Assembly: GCA_032718475.1 (NCBI GenBank) | Contig: JAUCBJ010008443.1 | Coordinates: forward strand, 22,643-86,642 | Reading direction: 5' to 3' | DNA from: Nemertoderma westbladi | Taxonomy: Eukaryota; Animalia; Xenacoelomorpha | Length of the DNA: 64,000 nucleotides | Shown: one piece after another, positions 1 through 13,700 of the stretch | How positions within the stretch are numbered: the first letter of the stretch is position 1 | Layout of the letters: the number at the start of each line of letters is the position of its first letter | The notes under the pieces: model-generated | Databases searched by the model: none | Seen by the model: the letters and a program-made list of their open reading frames with translations, nothing else | Told to the model about the DNA's origin: nothing | Made by a program: the position numbers and the translations under genes

Positions 1-959
1 TATGTGAGTGAGAATGATGAGTGCTGGTCGATTCCTTAACAATCTGCTTACATATCTAACAGTATGTGAGTGAGAATGATGAGTGCTGGTGGATTCTTTA
101 ACAATCTGCTTACATCTCCAACAGTATGTGAGTGAGAATGATGAGTGCCGGTCGATTCCTTAACAATCTGCTTACATCTCCAACAGTATGTGAGTGAGAA
201 TGATGGGTGCTGGTGGATTCCTTAACAATCTGCTTACATATCTAACAGTATGTGAGTGAGAATGATGAGTGCTGGTGGATTCTTTAACAATCTGCTTACA
301 TCTCCAACAGTATGTGAGTGAGAATGATGAGTGCCGGTCGATTCCTTAACAATCTGCTTACATCTCCAACAGTATGTGAGTGAGAATGATAAGTGCTGGT
401 CGATTCCTTAACAATCTGCTTACATCTCCAACAGTATGTGAGTGAGAATGATGTGTGCTGGTGGATTCCTTAACAATCTGCGTACATCTCCAACAGTATG
501 TGAGCTAGAATGATGAGTGCTGGTCGATTCCTTAACAATCTGCTTACATCTCCAACAGCATGTGAGTGAGAATGATGGGTGCTGGTGGATTCCTTAACAA
601 TCTGCTTACATCTCCAACAGTATGTGAGTGAGAATGATGAGTGCTGGTCGATTCCTTAACAATCTGCTTACATCTCCAACAGTATGTGAGTGAGAATGAT
701 GGGTGCTGGTGGATTCCTTAACAATCTGCTTACATCTCCAACAGTATGTGAGTGAGAATGATGGGTGCTGGTAGATTCCTTAACAATCTGCTTACATATC
801 TAACAGTATGTGAGTGAGAATGATGGGAGTTGGTGGATTCCTTAACAATCTGCGTACATTTCCAACAGTATGTGAATGAGAATGATGGGTGCTGGTGGAT
901 TCCTTAACAATCTGCTTACATCTCCAACAGTATGTGAGTGAGAATGATGAGTGCTGGTC

Positions 960-3900
960 TCAGGTCAGGTCAGGTATTCTAGGTCATTGATCAAGAAAAC
1001 TTGCCACCTCCATGCAGCATAAAGGAGGTGCCACCTGTAGCTGCATAGACCCTCTTACTAGGGCAAATCTGGTCCTGTAACTAGGACCCCCTTCGTTCTG
1101 GGATAAGGACGCCCTTGGTCCTGGATTAAGGACCCATATACTTGGCTGCAGGGGTATATGGCCTGACCAGGCAGATGGTGATCTACCAATGGCTGGTTAG
1201 GATTAGAGTGTTCTCATATCCACTCTGAGGGCACTTCACTGCGACCTGCACCTGGCAGCAAGGGTACAGGGCATGACCCAGCAGATGAGCTGCAACAGCC
1301 AATGGTGGGTCATGTACGCCAGAGTAGATATGGGTGATGGGCCTCATATCTGACTCCATTGCGACACCCACCCTGTGGAATGGCAAACCAGGGTGTGGTA
1401 TTTGCCCCGAGAGCTGACTCGGCAAAAAAGCACCCCCCAACCCCCACTATGGATTACATTAGCAATGCGGAGGTCCGGCCACTAGAGGCCAGTGGAATTA
1501 CCGGACACAATCGGCCTCACAGGCGTCAGTTAACTCCTGACCGGCTGCCTGTCTCACCCCCTACTGGAGAGAGAGCAGCCAACAATTCTTTGAGTCCCTT
1601 TCCTGATGACCTTTCTGGCCCAAACCCTGGGTCACCAGGGAGGCCAGATTGTGATGGGGAGAGGGATTCTGGAGTTGGAGGCTACTCTCATGTTCCACCC
1701 CGACCAACAAAGCCATTGGTGAATCTGAGGCAAGTCACTAGACTAGCCTCAGTAAACACCCTAACACTCGGGTCCCCAATGCGACAAGGTGAGCTGACTG
1801 CCTTGGCAGATAAGCTTTCTCTTAGCGCAGTGGGTGTTCAAGAGCACCGAATGCAGACTGGACAGACTGATGAGGTTCTGATTAAGGACATGGGGGGCGG
1901 TTGGCGACTCGCCCTCGCGTCAGCAGATGATAGTGGCAATGGTGGAATTGGTCTATTGATGAATCCAACTGCACATGCAGCATTGGACAAAATAGACCAA
2001 ATCTCTAACCGCATCATCCGTTGCCACTTCTCATGTTCTGGAAGACTGGCTAAGAAGTTTCCTAAGGTGGTTCTGATTGTGTGCTACTCTCCAACTAGTG
2101 TTGCCCCTGTAGAGGAGGTGGAAAATTTCTACCACAATCTACAAGCAGCAACTGATGGAGTGGATCAGCATGCATTCTTAACATTCCTGGGAGACTTTAA
2201 TGCAAGTCTGCATCAATCACCTACATCGCCCTGGGTCTATAGCAATAGTGTTAACCGAAATTCTGTCCATCTTCAGGATTTTATCTCTGGAAATGGATTG
2301 TTTTCGGCTGGAACCCAGTTCAAGAAGCGAACTGGAAAGCTATGGACTCATAGTGGACCCAGTGGTCACAAGTCCCAGATAGACCATATTCTGTTTCGTA
2401 GGAAATACAGGAGCTCTATACAAGACTGTAATGCATTTACACTTCGACCCTTCTCCAGTGATCACCGCCTTATTGTGGCCAAGGTAAGACTTAGTCTGCG
2501 TGCTAGCAGAACAACGAAATCTGCCTTGCCACGGCATGACTGGTCCTCTCTGTTGCAACAGCCAAGTGTGAGATCCAGCTTCACACTACAGCTGAGCAAC
2601 AGGTATGAGGCTCTTGCCTCTGAGGCGGCAGATCACTGTGAGGGCTATACTGCCTTTACAGAAGCAGTTAAGTTAGCAGCTGCAGAAACAGTTCCTGTAT
2701 ACCCTCGAAACAGGAAAAGGGCCCCCTGGACTGACAACAAAATTCAGAAGTGCCGAAATGACCTTCATAAGGCGCAGAAAGAGTCCCGACTCAAACAGAC
2801 TACAGCGGCCAAGAATGCAGTTAAAGCTGCATCTAGGTCCCTGAACAGGCAGTACTCTGTTAATCTACAGGAGCTAATAAACCAACAGGTTGATGCCATC
2901 AATGATGCTGACGACAGCAGGCAATCATCCCAGGCATGGAAATCGATCAATCTGCTTACTGGGCGGAAAAGCCAACCAACCACCAAGGTTAAGGCTGAAT
3001 CACCAGCCGATCGCCTCAATGGTTGGAAAGCCCACTTTGAAAAGCTCCTCAATAATGACAGGGTATTGCCTGATAACTTTATAGAAGTAAAAGTGTCTGA
3101 GTCTGTACTCCCAGATATTCCCATTGGCGATATCTCCTTTGCAGAAGTGAAGGCTGCTGCAAAGAGCATTAAGACCAATCGTGCCAGTGGAGTAGATGGT
3201 GTTCCCCCTGAGGTCTTTAAAATACCTGAGTGTTTAAAGCTCATCTATCCCATCATAGTAGACATGTACCGTACAACAAGAGTCCCACAAGAAATGAAAA
3301 CAAATAAGTTGGTGCCAGTTCCCAAGAAGGGCAACCTAACACTCTATGGTTCTTTTCGGGGAATCTCATTGATCTCGATTGCTGCAAAACTATACAATAG
3401 AATTCTATTAAATCGCATCAGGGATCCCATTGAGAGACTGCTACGTGGAAATCAGAATGGGTTCCGTAAAGGTCGTGGGACCATGGAGCCCATTTTGGCA
3501 CTTAGAAGGATAATTGAAGAGTTATCAAAAAAGAAAGACAGGCATCTGGCTGTTATCTTTGTTGACTTCTTCAAGGCCTTTGATTCAGTCTCTCGCTCAC
3601 GTATGTTCAGCATACTTTCATTATATGGGATTCCTGATGAAATTATTGCAGCAATCAGATCAGTATACGATGGTTCGACAACATTTGTGTCTACTGTTGA
3701 TGGTGACACAGAACCATTTGAAGTGTTATGGGGCGTCCTCCAAGGAGACACACTTGCACCATTCTTGTTCATTATTGTGGTTGACTATGTTCTACGCATG
3801 TCCTTAGATCATCATAATGATGATGGGGTGATGATAACTCCACCTACTGGCTCCAGAAGTCGAGGAAATCCTGCCAAGTACCTAACTGATCTAGACTTTG

Positions 3901-4714
3901 CTGATGACTTAGGAGTACTCTCAGAATCATTAGAGGGAGCCCAGCGGCTCCTCAGCTCATTAGAACATGCTGCTTCTAGTGTTGGTCTTTTTATTAACTC
4001 CAGAAAGACCAAAATTCTGACAGTTAACTTTGAAAGTCCTCAGCAAGTCTCTGATCGGATGAGCATAAGCTCAAAGGATGGTATGCTTGAGCATGTGGAC
4101 GACTTCTGTTACCTGGGATCATGGATCCGGAAGTCAGGTGAGGACCTTCGAATACGTAAGGGAAAGGCATGGGCAGCCTTGAATAGGCTTTCCAGGATTT
4201 GGAAGTCACCTAGAATTAATCGAAAACTTAAGGTCCGATTATTCAGAGCAGCAGTAGTTCCAGTACTCCTCTACGGGAGTCCATGCTGGGCTCTAACTGC
4301 TGAGGACACCAAATCTCTGGATGGCACATTCACAAGAATGCTACGCCGGGTACATTGTGTCAAGTACAATGCACACATCTCCAACCAGACACTATATAAC
4401 ATTGGAGGTGTCTCATTGGTTCCCCCAAGCTTGACACTAGAACAAAATCGCCTCCGCTTTGCAGGACATTGCTTTCGCCGTGAGGACCAGCCAGTGCATA
4501 ATCTTGTACTTTGGCAGCCTCATGGAGTGAATAAGCATGGTGGACAGCCCATGACTTTCTTGAGACGCATCTTAAAGGACACTGGCCTTAAAGATGCGGA
4601 TGATCTAGCAAATGTCATGGGTGATAGGGAGTTGTGGCGGTGCAATTTTGTTGACAAGCCGGCACAGCATTCTTAAAAATGCAGCTGCAATGCAGCATGC
4701 CGATCCTAGTAGTA
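960..4714 (+). mobile_element. Apparently full-length RTE-clade non-LTR retrotransposon inserted in the 62-bp satellite
   Basis: TSD GCTGGTC at 953-959 and 4715-4721; 5' (TCAGG)3; single APE+RT ORF; short 3' UTR ending in (TAG)n. Confidence 0.93.
1359..4676 (+). CDS. RTE ORF: AP endonuclease plus reverse transcriptase, uninterrupted
   Basis: APE motifs GVQEH, GDFNA, IDHI, SDH; RT motifs FRGISL, QNGFR, FVDFFKAFDS, GVLQGDTLAP, FADD, YLGS; RTE-type C-terminus RFAGHCFRR...VLWQP. The real start is probably the ATG at 1380 or 1449, since the track starts at TTG. Confidence 0.93.
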   Translation: MRHPPCGMANQGVVFAPRADSAKKHPPTPTMDYISNAEVRPLEASGITGHNRPHRRQLTPDRLPVSPPTGERAANNSLSPFPDDLSGPNPGSPGRPDCDGERDSGVGGYSHVPPRPTKPLVNLRQVTRLASVNTLTLGSPMRQGELTALADKLSLSAVGVQEHRMQTGQTDEVLIKDMGGGWRLALASADDSGNGGIGLLMNPTAHAALDKIDQISNRIIRCHFSCSGRLAKKFPKVVLIVCYSPTSVAPVEEVENFYHNLQAATDGVDQHAFLTFLGDFNASLHQSPTSPWVYSNSVNRNSVHLQDFISGNGLFSAGTQFKKRTGKLWTHSGPSGHKSQIDHILFRRKYRSSIQDCNAFTLRPFSSDHRLIVAKVRLSLRASRTTKSALPRHDWSSLLQQPSVRSSFTLQLSNRYEALASEAADHCEGYTAFTEAVKLAAAETVPVYPRNRKRAPWTDNKIQKCRNDLHKAQKESRLKQTTAAKNAVKAASRSLNRQYSVNLQELINQQVDAINDADDSRQSSQAWKSINLLTGRKSQPTTKVKAESPADRLNGWKAHFEKLLNNDRVLPDNFIEVKVSESVLPDIPIGDISFAEVKAAAKSIKTNRASGVDGVPPEVFKIPECLKLIYPIIVDMYRTTRVPQEMKTNKLVPVPKKGNLTLYGSFRGISLISIAAKLYNRILLNRIRDPIERLLRGNQNGFRKGRGTMEPILALRRIIEELSKKKDRHLAVIFVDFFKAFDSVSRSRMFSILSLYGIPDEIIAAIRSVYDGSTTFVSTVDGDTEPFEVLWGVLQGDTLAPFLFIIVVDYVLRMSLDHHNDDGVMITPPTGSRSRGNPAKYLTDLDFADDLGVLSESLEGAQRLLSSLEHAASSVGLFINSRKTKILTVNFESPQQVSDRMSISSKDGMLEHVDDFCYLGSWIRKSGEDLRIRKGKAWAALNRLSRIWKSPRINRKLKVRLFRAAVVPVLLYGSPCWALTAEDTKSLDGTFTRMLRRVHCVKYNAHISNQTLYNIGGVSLVPPSLTLEQNRLRFAGHCFRREDQPVHNLVLWQPHGVNKHGGQPMTFLRRILKDTGLKDADDLANVMGDRELWRCNFVDKPAQHS

Positions 4715-7700
4715 GCTGGTCGATTCCTTAACAATCTGCTTACATCTCCAACAGTATGTGAGTGAGAATGATGGGTGCTGGTGGATTCCTTAACAATCTG
4801 CTTACATCTCCAACAGTATGTGAGTGAGAATGATGGGTGCTGGTGGATTCCTTAACAATCTGCTTACATCTCCAACAGTATGTGAGTGAGAATGATGGGT
4901 GCTGGTGGATTCCTTAACAATCTGCTTACATCTCCAACAGTATGTGAGTGAGAATGATGGGTGCTGGTGGATTCCTTAACAATCTGCTTACATCTCCAAC
5001 AGTATGTGAGTGAGAATGATGAGTGCCGGTGGATTCCTTAACAATCTGCTTACATATCCAACAGTATGTGAGTGAGAATGATGAGTGCTGGTCGATTCCT
5101 TAACAATCTGCTTACATCTCCAACAGTATGTGAGTGAGAATGATGAGTGCTGGTGGATTCCTTAACAATCTGCTTACATCTCCAACAGTATGTGAGTGAG
5201 AATGATGGGTGCTGGTGGATTCCTTAACAATCTGCTTACATATCTAACAGTATGTGAGTGAGAATGATGAGTGCTGGTGGATTCTTTAACAATCTGCTTA
5301 CATCTCCAACAGTATGTGAGTGAGAATGATGGGTGCTGGTGGATTCCTTAACAATCTGCTTACATCTCCAACAGTATGTGAGTGAGAATGATGGGTGCTG
5401 GTGGATTCCTTAACAATCTGCTTACATCTCCAACAGTATGCGAGTGAGAATGATGAGTGCTGGTCGATTCCTTAACAATCTGCTTACATCTCCAACAGTA
5501 TGTGAGTGAGAATGATGGGTGCTGGTGGATTCCTTAACAATCTGCTTACATCTCCAACAGTATGTGAGTGAGAATGATGAGTGCTGGTCGATTCCTTAAC
5601 AATCTGCTTACATCTCCAACAGTATGTGAGTGAGAATGATGGGTGCTGGTGGATTCCTTAACAATCTGCTTACATCTCCAACAGTATGCGAGTGAGAATG
5701 ATGAGTGCTGGTCGATTCCTTAACAATCTGCTTACATCTCCAACAGTATGTGAGTGAGAATGATGGGAGTTGGTGGATTCCTTATCAATCTGCTTACATC
5801 TCCAACAGTATGCGAGTGAGAATGATGAGTGCTGGTCGATTCCTTAACAATCTGCTTACATCTCCAACAGTATGTGAGTGAGAATGATGGGTGCTGGTGG
5901 ATTCCTTAACAATCTGCTTACATCTCCAACAGTATGTGAGTGAGAATGATGAGTGCTGGACGATTCCTTAACAATCTGCTTACATATCTAACAGTATGTG
6001 AGTGAGAATGATGGGTGCTGGTGGATTCCTTAACAATCTGCTTACATCTCCAACAGTATGTGAGTGAGAATGATGAGTGCTGGTCGATTCCTTGACAATC
6101 TGCTTACATCTCCAACAGTATGTGAGTGAGAATGATGGGTGCTGGTGGATTCCTTAACAATCTGCTTACATCTCCAACAGTATGTGAGTCAGAATGATGG
6201 GTGCTGGTGGATTCCTTAACAATCTGCTTACATCTCCAACATCATGTGAGTGAGAATGATGAGGGCTGGACGATTCCTTAACAATCTGCTTACATCTCCA
6301 ACAGTATGTGAGTGAGAATGATGGGTGCTGGACGATTCCTTAACAATCTGCTTACATCTCCAACAGTATGTGAGTGAGAATGATGGGTGCTGGTGGATTC
6401 CTTAACAATCTGCTTACATCTCCAACAGTATGTGAGTCAGAATGATGGGTGCTGGTGGATTCCTTAACAATCTGCTTACATCTCCAACATCATGTGAGTG
6501 AGAATGATGAGGGCTGGACGATTCCTTAACAATCTGCTTACATCTCCAACAGTATGTGAGTGAGAATGATGAGTGCTGGACGATTCCTTAACAATCTGCT
6601 TACATCTCCAACAGTATGTGAGTGAGAATGATGGGTGCTGGTGGATTCCTTAACAATCTGCTTACATCTCCAACAGTATGTGAGTGAGAATGATGAGTGC
6701 TGGACGATTCCTTAACAATCTGCTTACATCTCCAACAGTATGTGAGTGAGAATGATGGGTGCTGGTGGATTCCTTAACAATCTGCTTACATCTCCAACAG
6801 TATGTGAGTGAGAATGATGAGTGCTGGACGATTCCTTAACAATCTGCTTACATCTCCAACAGTATGTGAGTGAGAATGATGGGTGCTGGTGGATTCCTTA
6901 ACAATCTGCTTACATCTCCAACATCATGTGAGTGAGAATGATGAGGGCTGGACGATTCCTTAACAATCTGCTTACATCTCCAACAGTATGTGAGTGAGAA
7001 TGATGGGTGCTGGTGGATTCCTTAACAATCTGCTTACATTTCCAACAGTATGTGAGTCAGAATGATGAGTGCCGGTGGATTCCTTAACAATCTGCTTACA
7101 TCTCCAACAGTATGTGAGTGAGAATGATGAGTGCTGGACGATTCCTTAACAATCTGCTTACATCTCCAACAGTATGTGAGTGAGAATGATGGGTGCTGGT
7201 GGATTCCTTAACAATCTGCTTACATCTCCAACAGTATGTGAGTGAGAATGATGAGTGCTGGACGATTCCTTAACAATCTGCTTACATCTCCAACAGTATG
7301 TGAGTGAGAATGATGGGTGCTGGTGGATTCCTTAACAATCTGCTTACATCTCCAACATCATGTGAGTGAGAATGATGAGGGCTGGTCGATTCCTTAACAG
7401 TCTGCTTACATCTCCAACAGTATGTGAGTGAGAATGATGAGTGCCGGTGGATTCCTTAACAATCTGCTTACATTTCCAACAGTATGTGAGTCAGAATGAT
7501 GAGTGCCGGTGGATTCCTTAACAATCTGCTTACATCTCCAACAGTATGTGAGTGAGAATGATGAGTGCTGGTGGATTCCTTGACAATCTGCTTACATCTC
7601 CAACAGTATGTGAGTGAGAATGATGAGTGCTGGTGGATTCCTTAACAATCTGCTTACATCTCCAACAGTATGTGAGTGAGAATGATGAGTGCCGGTGGAT

Positions 7701-10700
7701 TCCTTAACAATCTGCTTACATATCTAACAGTATGTGAGTGAGAATGATGAGTGCTGGTGGATTCCTTAACAATCTGCTTACATCTCCAACAGTATGTGAG
7801 TGAGAATGATGGGTGCTGGTGGATTCTTTAACAATCTGCTTACATCTCCAAAAGTATGTGAGTGAGAATGATGGGTGCTGGTGGATTCTTTAACAATCTG
7901 CTTACATCTCCAACAGTATGTGAGTGAGAATGATGAGTACTGGACGATTCCTTAACAATCTGCTTACATCTCCAACAGTATGTGAGTGAGAATGATGAGT
8001 GCTGGACGATTCCTTAACAATCTGCTTACATCTCCAACAGTATGTGAGTGAGAATGATGAGTGCCGGTGGATTCCTTAACAATCTGCTTACATCTCCAAC
8101 AGTATGTGAGTGAGAATGATGTGTGCTGGTGGTTTCGTTAACAATCTGCTTACATCTCCAACAGTATGTGAGTGAGAATGATGTGTGCTGGTGGATTCCT
8201 TAACAATCTGCTTACATCTCCAACAGTATGTGAGTGAGAATGATGAGTGCTGGACGATTCCTTAACAATCTGCTTACATCTCCAACAGTATGTGAGTGAG
8301 AATGATGAGTGCTGGACGATTCCTTAACAATCTGCTTACATCTCCAACAGTATGTGAGTGAGAATGATGGGTGCTGGTGGATTCCTTAACAATCTGCTTA
8401 CATCTCCAACAGTATGTGAGTGAGAATGATGAGTGCTGGACGATTCCTTAACAATCTGCTTACATCTCCAACAGTATGTGAGTGAGAATGATGGGTGCTG
8501 GTGGATTCCTTAACAATCTCCTTACATCTCCAACAGTATGTGAGTGAGAATGATGGGTGCTGGTGGATTCCTTAACAATCTGCTTACATCTCCAACAGTA
8601 TGTGAGTGAGAATGATGAGTGCTGGACGATTCCTTAACAATCTGCTTACATCTCCAACAGTATGTGAGTGAGAATGATGGGTGCTGGTGGATTCCTTAAC
8701 AATCTGCTTACATCTCCAACAGTATGTGAGTGAGAATGATGAGTGCTGGATGATTCCTTAACAATCTGCTTACATCTCCAACAGTATGTGAGTGAGAATG
8801 ATGAGTGCCGGTGGATTCCTTAACAATCTGCTTACATTTCCAACAGTATGTGAGTGAGAATGATGTGTGCTGGTGGTTTCGTTAACAATCTGCTTACATC
8901 TCCAACAGTATGTGAGTGAGAATGATGGGTGCTGGTGGATTCCTTAACAATCTGCTTACATTTCCAACAGTATGTGAGTCAGAATGATGAGTGCTGGATG
9001 ATTCCTTAACAATCTGCTTACATCTCCAACAGTATGTGAGTGAGAATGATGAGTGCCGGTGGATTCCTTAACAATCTGCTTACATTTCCAACAGTATGTG
9101 AGTGAGAATGATGAGTGCTGGTGGATTCCTTAACAATCTGCTTACATCTCCAACAGTATGTGAGTGAGAATGATGGGTGCTGGTGGATTCTTTAACAATC
9201 TGCTTACATCTCCAACAGTATGTGAGTGAGAATGATGGGTGCTGGTGGATTCTTTAACAATCTGCTTACATCTCCAACAGTATGTGAGTGAGAATGATGG
9301 GTGCTGGTGGATTCTTTAACAATCTGCTTACATCTCCAACAGTATGTGAGTGAGAATGATGGGTGCTGGTGGATTCTTTAACAATCTGCTTACATCTCCA
9401 ACAGTATGTGAGTGAGAATGATGAGTGCTGGACGATTCCTTAACAATTTGCTTACATCTCCAACAGTATGTGAGTGAGAATGATGAGTGCCGGTGGATTC
9501 CTTAACAATCTGCTTACATTTCCAACAGTATGTGAGTCAGAATGATGAGTGCCGGTGGATTCCTTAACAATCTGCTTACATCTCCAACAGTATGTGAGTG
9601 AGAATGATGAGTGCTGGACGATTCCTTAACAATCTGCTTACATCTCCAACAGTATGTGAGTGAGAATGATGGGTGCTGGTGGATTCCTTAACAATCTGCT
9701 TACATCTCCAACAGTATGTGAGTGAGAATGATGAGTGCTGGACGATTCCTTAACAATCTGCTTACATCTCCAACAGTATGTGAGTGAGAATGATGGGTGC
9801 TGGTGGATTCCTTAACAATCTGCTTACATCTCCAACAGTATGTGAGTGAGAATGATGAGTGCTGGACGATTCCTTAACAATCTGCTTACATCTCCAACAG
9901 TATGTGAGTGAGAATGATGAGTGCTGGACGATTCCTTAACAATCTGCTTACATCTCCAACAGTATGTGAGTGAGAATGATGAGTGCTGGACGATTCCTTA
10001 ACAATCTGCTTACATCTCCAACAGTATGTGAGTGAGAATGATGGGTGCTGGTGGATTCCTTAACAATCTGCTTACATCTCCAACAGTATGTGAGTGAGAA
10101 TGATGAGTGCTGGACGATTCCTTAACAATCTGCTTACATCTCCAACAGTATGTGAGTGAGAATGATGGGTGCTGGTGGATTCCTTAACAATCTGCTTACA
10201 TCTCCAACATCATGTGAGTGAGAATGATGAGGGCTGGTCGATTCCTTAACAGTCTGCTTACATCTCCAACAGTATGTGAGTGAGAATGATGAGTGCCGGT
10301 GGATTCCTTAACAATCTGCTTACATTTCCAACAGTATGTGAGTCAGAATGATGAGTGCCGGTGGATTCCTTAACAATCTGCTTACATCTCCAACAGTATG
10401 TGAGTGAGAATGATGAGTGCTGGTGGATTCCTTAACAATCTGCTTACATCTCCAACAGTATGTGAGTGAGAATGATGGGTGCTGGTGGATTCTTTAACAA
10501 TCTGCTTACATCTCCAACAGTATGTGAGTGAGAATGATGGGTGCTGGTGGATTCTTTAACAATCTGCTTACATCTCCAACAGTATGTGAGTGAGAATGAT
10601 GAGTGCTGGACGATTCCTTAACAATCTGCGTACATCTCCAACAGTATGTGAGTGAGAATGATGAGTGCTGGTCGATTCCTTAACAATCTGCTTACATCTC

Positions 10701-13700
10701 CAACAGTATGTGAGTGAGAATGATGAGTGCCGGTGGATTCCTTAACAATCTGCTTACATTTCCAACAGTATGTGAGTCAGAATGATGGATGCTGGTGGAT
10801 TCCTTAACAATCTGCTTACATCTCCAACAGTATGTGAGTGAGAATGATGAGTGCTGGTGGATTCTTTAACAATCTGCTTACATCTCCAACAGTATGTGAG
10901 TGAGAATGATGAGTGCTGGACGATTCCTTAACAATCTGCTTACATCTCCAACAGTATGTGAGTGAGAATGATGGGTGCTGGTGGATTCCTTAACAATCTG
11001 CTTACATCTCCAACAGTATGTGAGTGAGAATGATGAGTGCTGGACGATTCCTTAACAATCTGCTTACATCTCCAACAGTATGTGAGTGAGAATGATGGGT
11101 GCTGGTGGATTCCTTAACAATCTGCTTACATCTCCAACAGTATGTGAGTGAGAATGATGAGTGCTGGACGATTCCTTAACAATCTGCTTACATCTCCAAC
11201 AGTATGTGAGTGAGAATGATGGGTGCTGGTGGATTCCTTAACAATCTGCTTACATCTCCAACAGTATGTGAGTGAGAATGATGAGTGCTGGACGATTCCT
11301 TAACAATCTGCTTACATCTCCAACAGTATGTGAGTGAGAATGATGAGTGCCGGTGGATTCCTTAACAATCTGCTTACATCTCCAACAGTATGTGAGTGAG
11401 AATGATGTGTGCTGGTGGTTTCGTTAACAATCTGCTTACATCTCCAACAGTATGTGAGTGAGAATGATGTGTGCTGGTGGATTCCTTAACAATCTGCGTA
11501 CATCTCCAACAGTATGTGAGTGAGAATGATGAGTGGTGGTCCATTCCTTAACAATCTGCTTACATCTCCAACAGCATGTGAGTGAGAATGATGTGTGCTG
11601 GTGGTTTCGTTAACAATCTGCTTACATCTCCAACAGTATGTGAGTGAGAATGATGACTGCCGGTGGATTCCTTAACAATCTGCTTACATCTCCAACAGTA
11701 TGTGAGTGAGAATGATGTGTGCTGGTGGATTCCTTAACAATCTGCGTACATCTCCAACAGTATGTGAGCTAGAATGATGAGTGCTGGTCGATTCCTTAAC
11801 AATCTGCTTACATCTCCAACAGCATGTGAGTGAGAATGATGTGTGCTGGTGGTTTCGTTAACAATCTGCTTACATCTCCAATAGTATGTGAGTGAGAATG
11901 ATGGGTGCTGGTGGATTCCTTAACAATCTGCTTACATCTCCAGCAGTATGTGAGTGAGAATGATGAGTGCTGGTCGATTCCTTAACAATCTGCTTACATC
12001 TCCAACAGTATGTGAGTGAGAATGATGGGTGCTGGTGGATTCCTTAACAATCTGCTTACATCTCCAACAGTATGTGAGTGAGAATGATGGGAGTTGGTGG
12101 ATTCCTTAACAATCTGCTTACATCTCCAACAGTATGCGAGTGAGAATGATGAGTGCTGGTCGATTCCTTAACAATCTGCTTACATCTCCAACAGTATGTG
12201 AGTGAGAATGATGAGTGCTGGTCGATTCCTTAACAATCTGATTACATCTCCAACAGTATGTGAGTGAGAATGATGAGTGCTGGTGGATTCCTTAACAATC
12301 TGCTTACATCTCCAACAGTATGTGAGTGAGAATGATGGGTGCTGGTGGATTCCTTAACAATCTGCTTACATCTCCAACATATGTGAGTGAGAATGATGGG
12401 TGCTGGTAGATTCCTTTACAATCTGCTCACATATCTAACAGTATGTGAGTGAGAATGATGGGTGCTGGTGGATTCCTTAATAATCTGCTTACATCTCCAA
12501 CAGTATGTGAGTGAGAATGATGGGTGCTGGTGGATTCCTTAACAATCTGCTTACATCTCCAACAGTATGTGAGTGAGAATGATGGGTGCTGGTGGATTCC
12601 TTAACAATCTGCTTACATCTCCAACAGTATGTGAGTGAGAATGATGAGTGCTGGTCGATTCCTTAACAATCTGCTTACATATCTAACAGTATGTGAGTGA
12701 GAATGATGGGTGGTGGTGGATTCCTTAACAGTCTGCTTACTTCTCCAACAGTATGTGAGTGAGAATGATGGGCGCTGGTGGATTCCTTAACAATCTGCTT
12801 ACATCTCCAACAGTATGTGAGTGAGAATGATGAGTGCTGGACGATTCCTTAACAATCTGCTTACATCTCCAACAGTATGTGAGTGAGAATGATGAGTGCT
12901 GGACGATTCCTTAACAATCTGCTTACATCTCCAACAGTATGTGAGTGAGAATGATGAGTGCCGGTGGATTCCTTAACAATCTGCTTACATCTCCAACAGT
13001 ATGTGAGTGAGAATGATGAGTGCCGGTGGATTCCTTAACAATCTGCTTACATCTCCAACAGTATGTGAGTGAGAATGATGAGTGCCGGTGGATTCCTTAA
13101 CAATCTGCTTACATCTCCAACAGTATGTGAGTGAGAATGATGAGTGCTGGTCGATTCCTTAACAATCTGCTTACATATCTAACAGTATGTGAGTGAGAAT
13201 GATGGGTGGTGGTGGATTCCTTAACAGTCTGCTTACTTCTCCAACAGTATGTGAGTGAGAATGATGGGCGCTGGTGGATTCCTTAACAATCTGCTTACAT
13301 CTCCAACAGTATGTGAGTGAGAATGATGAGTGCTGGACGATTCCTTAACAATCTGCTTACATCTCCAACAGTATGTGAGTGAGAATGATGGGTGCTGGTG
13401 GATTCCTTAACAATCTGCTTACATCTCCAACAGTATGTGAGTGAGAATGATGAGTGCTGGACGATTCCTTAACAATCTGCTTACATCTCCAACAGTATGT
13501 GAGTGAGAATGATGGGTGCTGGTGGATTCCTTAACAATCTGCTTACATCTCCAACAGTATGTGAGTGAGAATGATGAGTGCCGGTGGATTCCTTAACAAT
13601 CTGCTTACATCTCCAACAGTATGTGAGTGAGAATGATGTGTGCTGGTGGTTTCGTTAACAATCTGCTTACATCTCCAACAGTATGTGAGTGAGAATGATG

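Noticed and set aside
960-974. (TCAGG)n as a beetle-type telomere target
   Set aside because: Only three units, and they lie inside the TSDs, so they belong to the insertion.
2200-4209. Small overlapping and antisense ORFs within RTE copies (repeated at 27-34 kb and 57-59 kb)
   Set aside because: Alternative-frame by-products that recur only because the copies are nearly identical.
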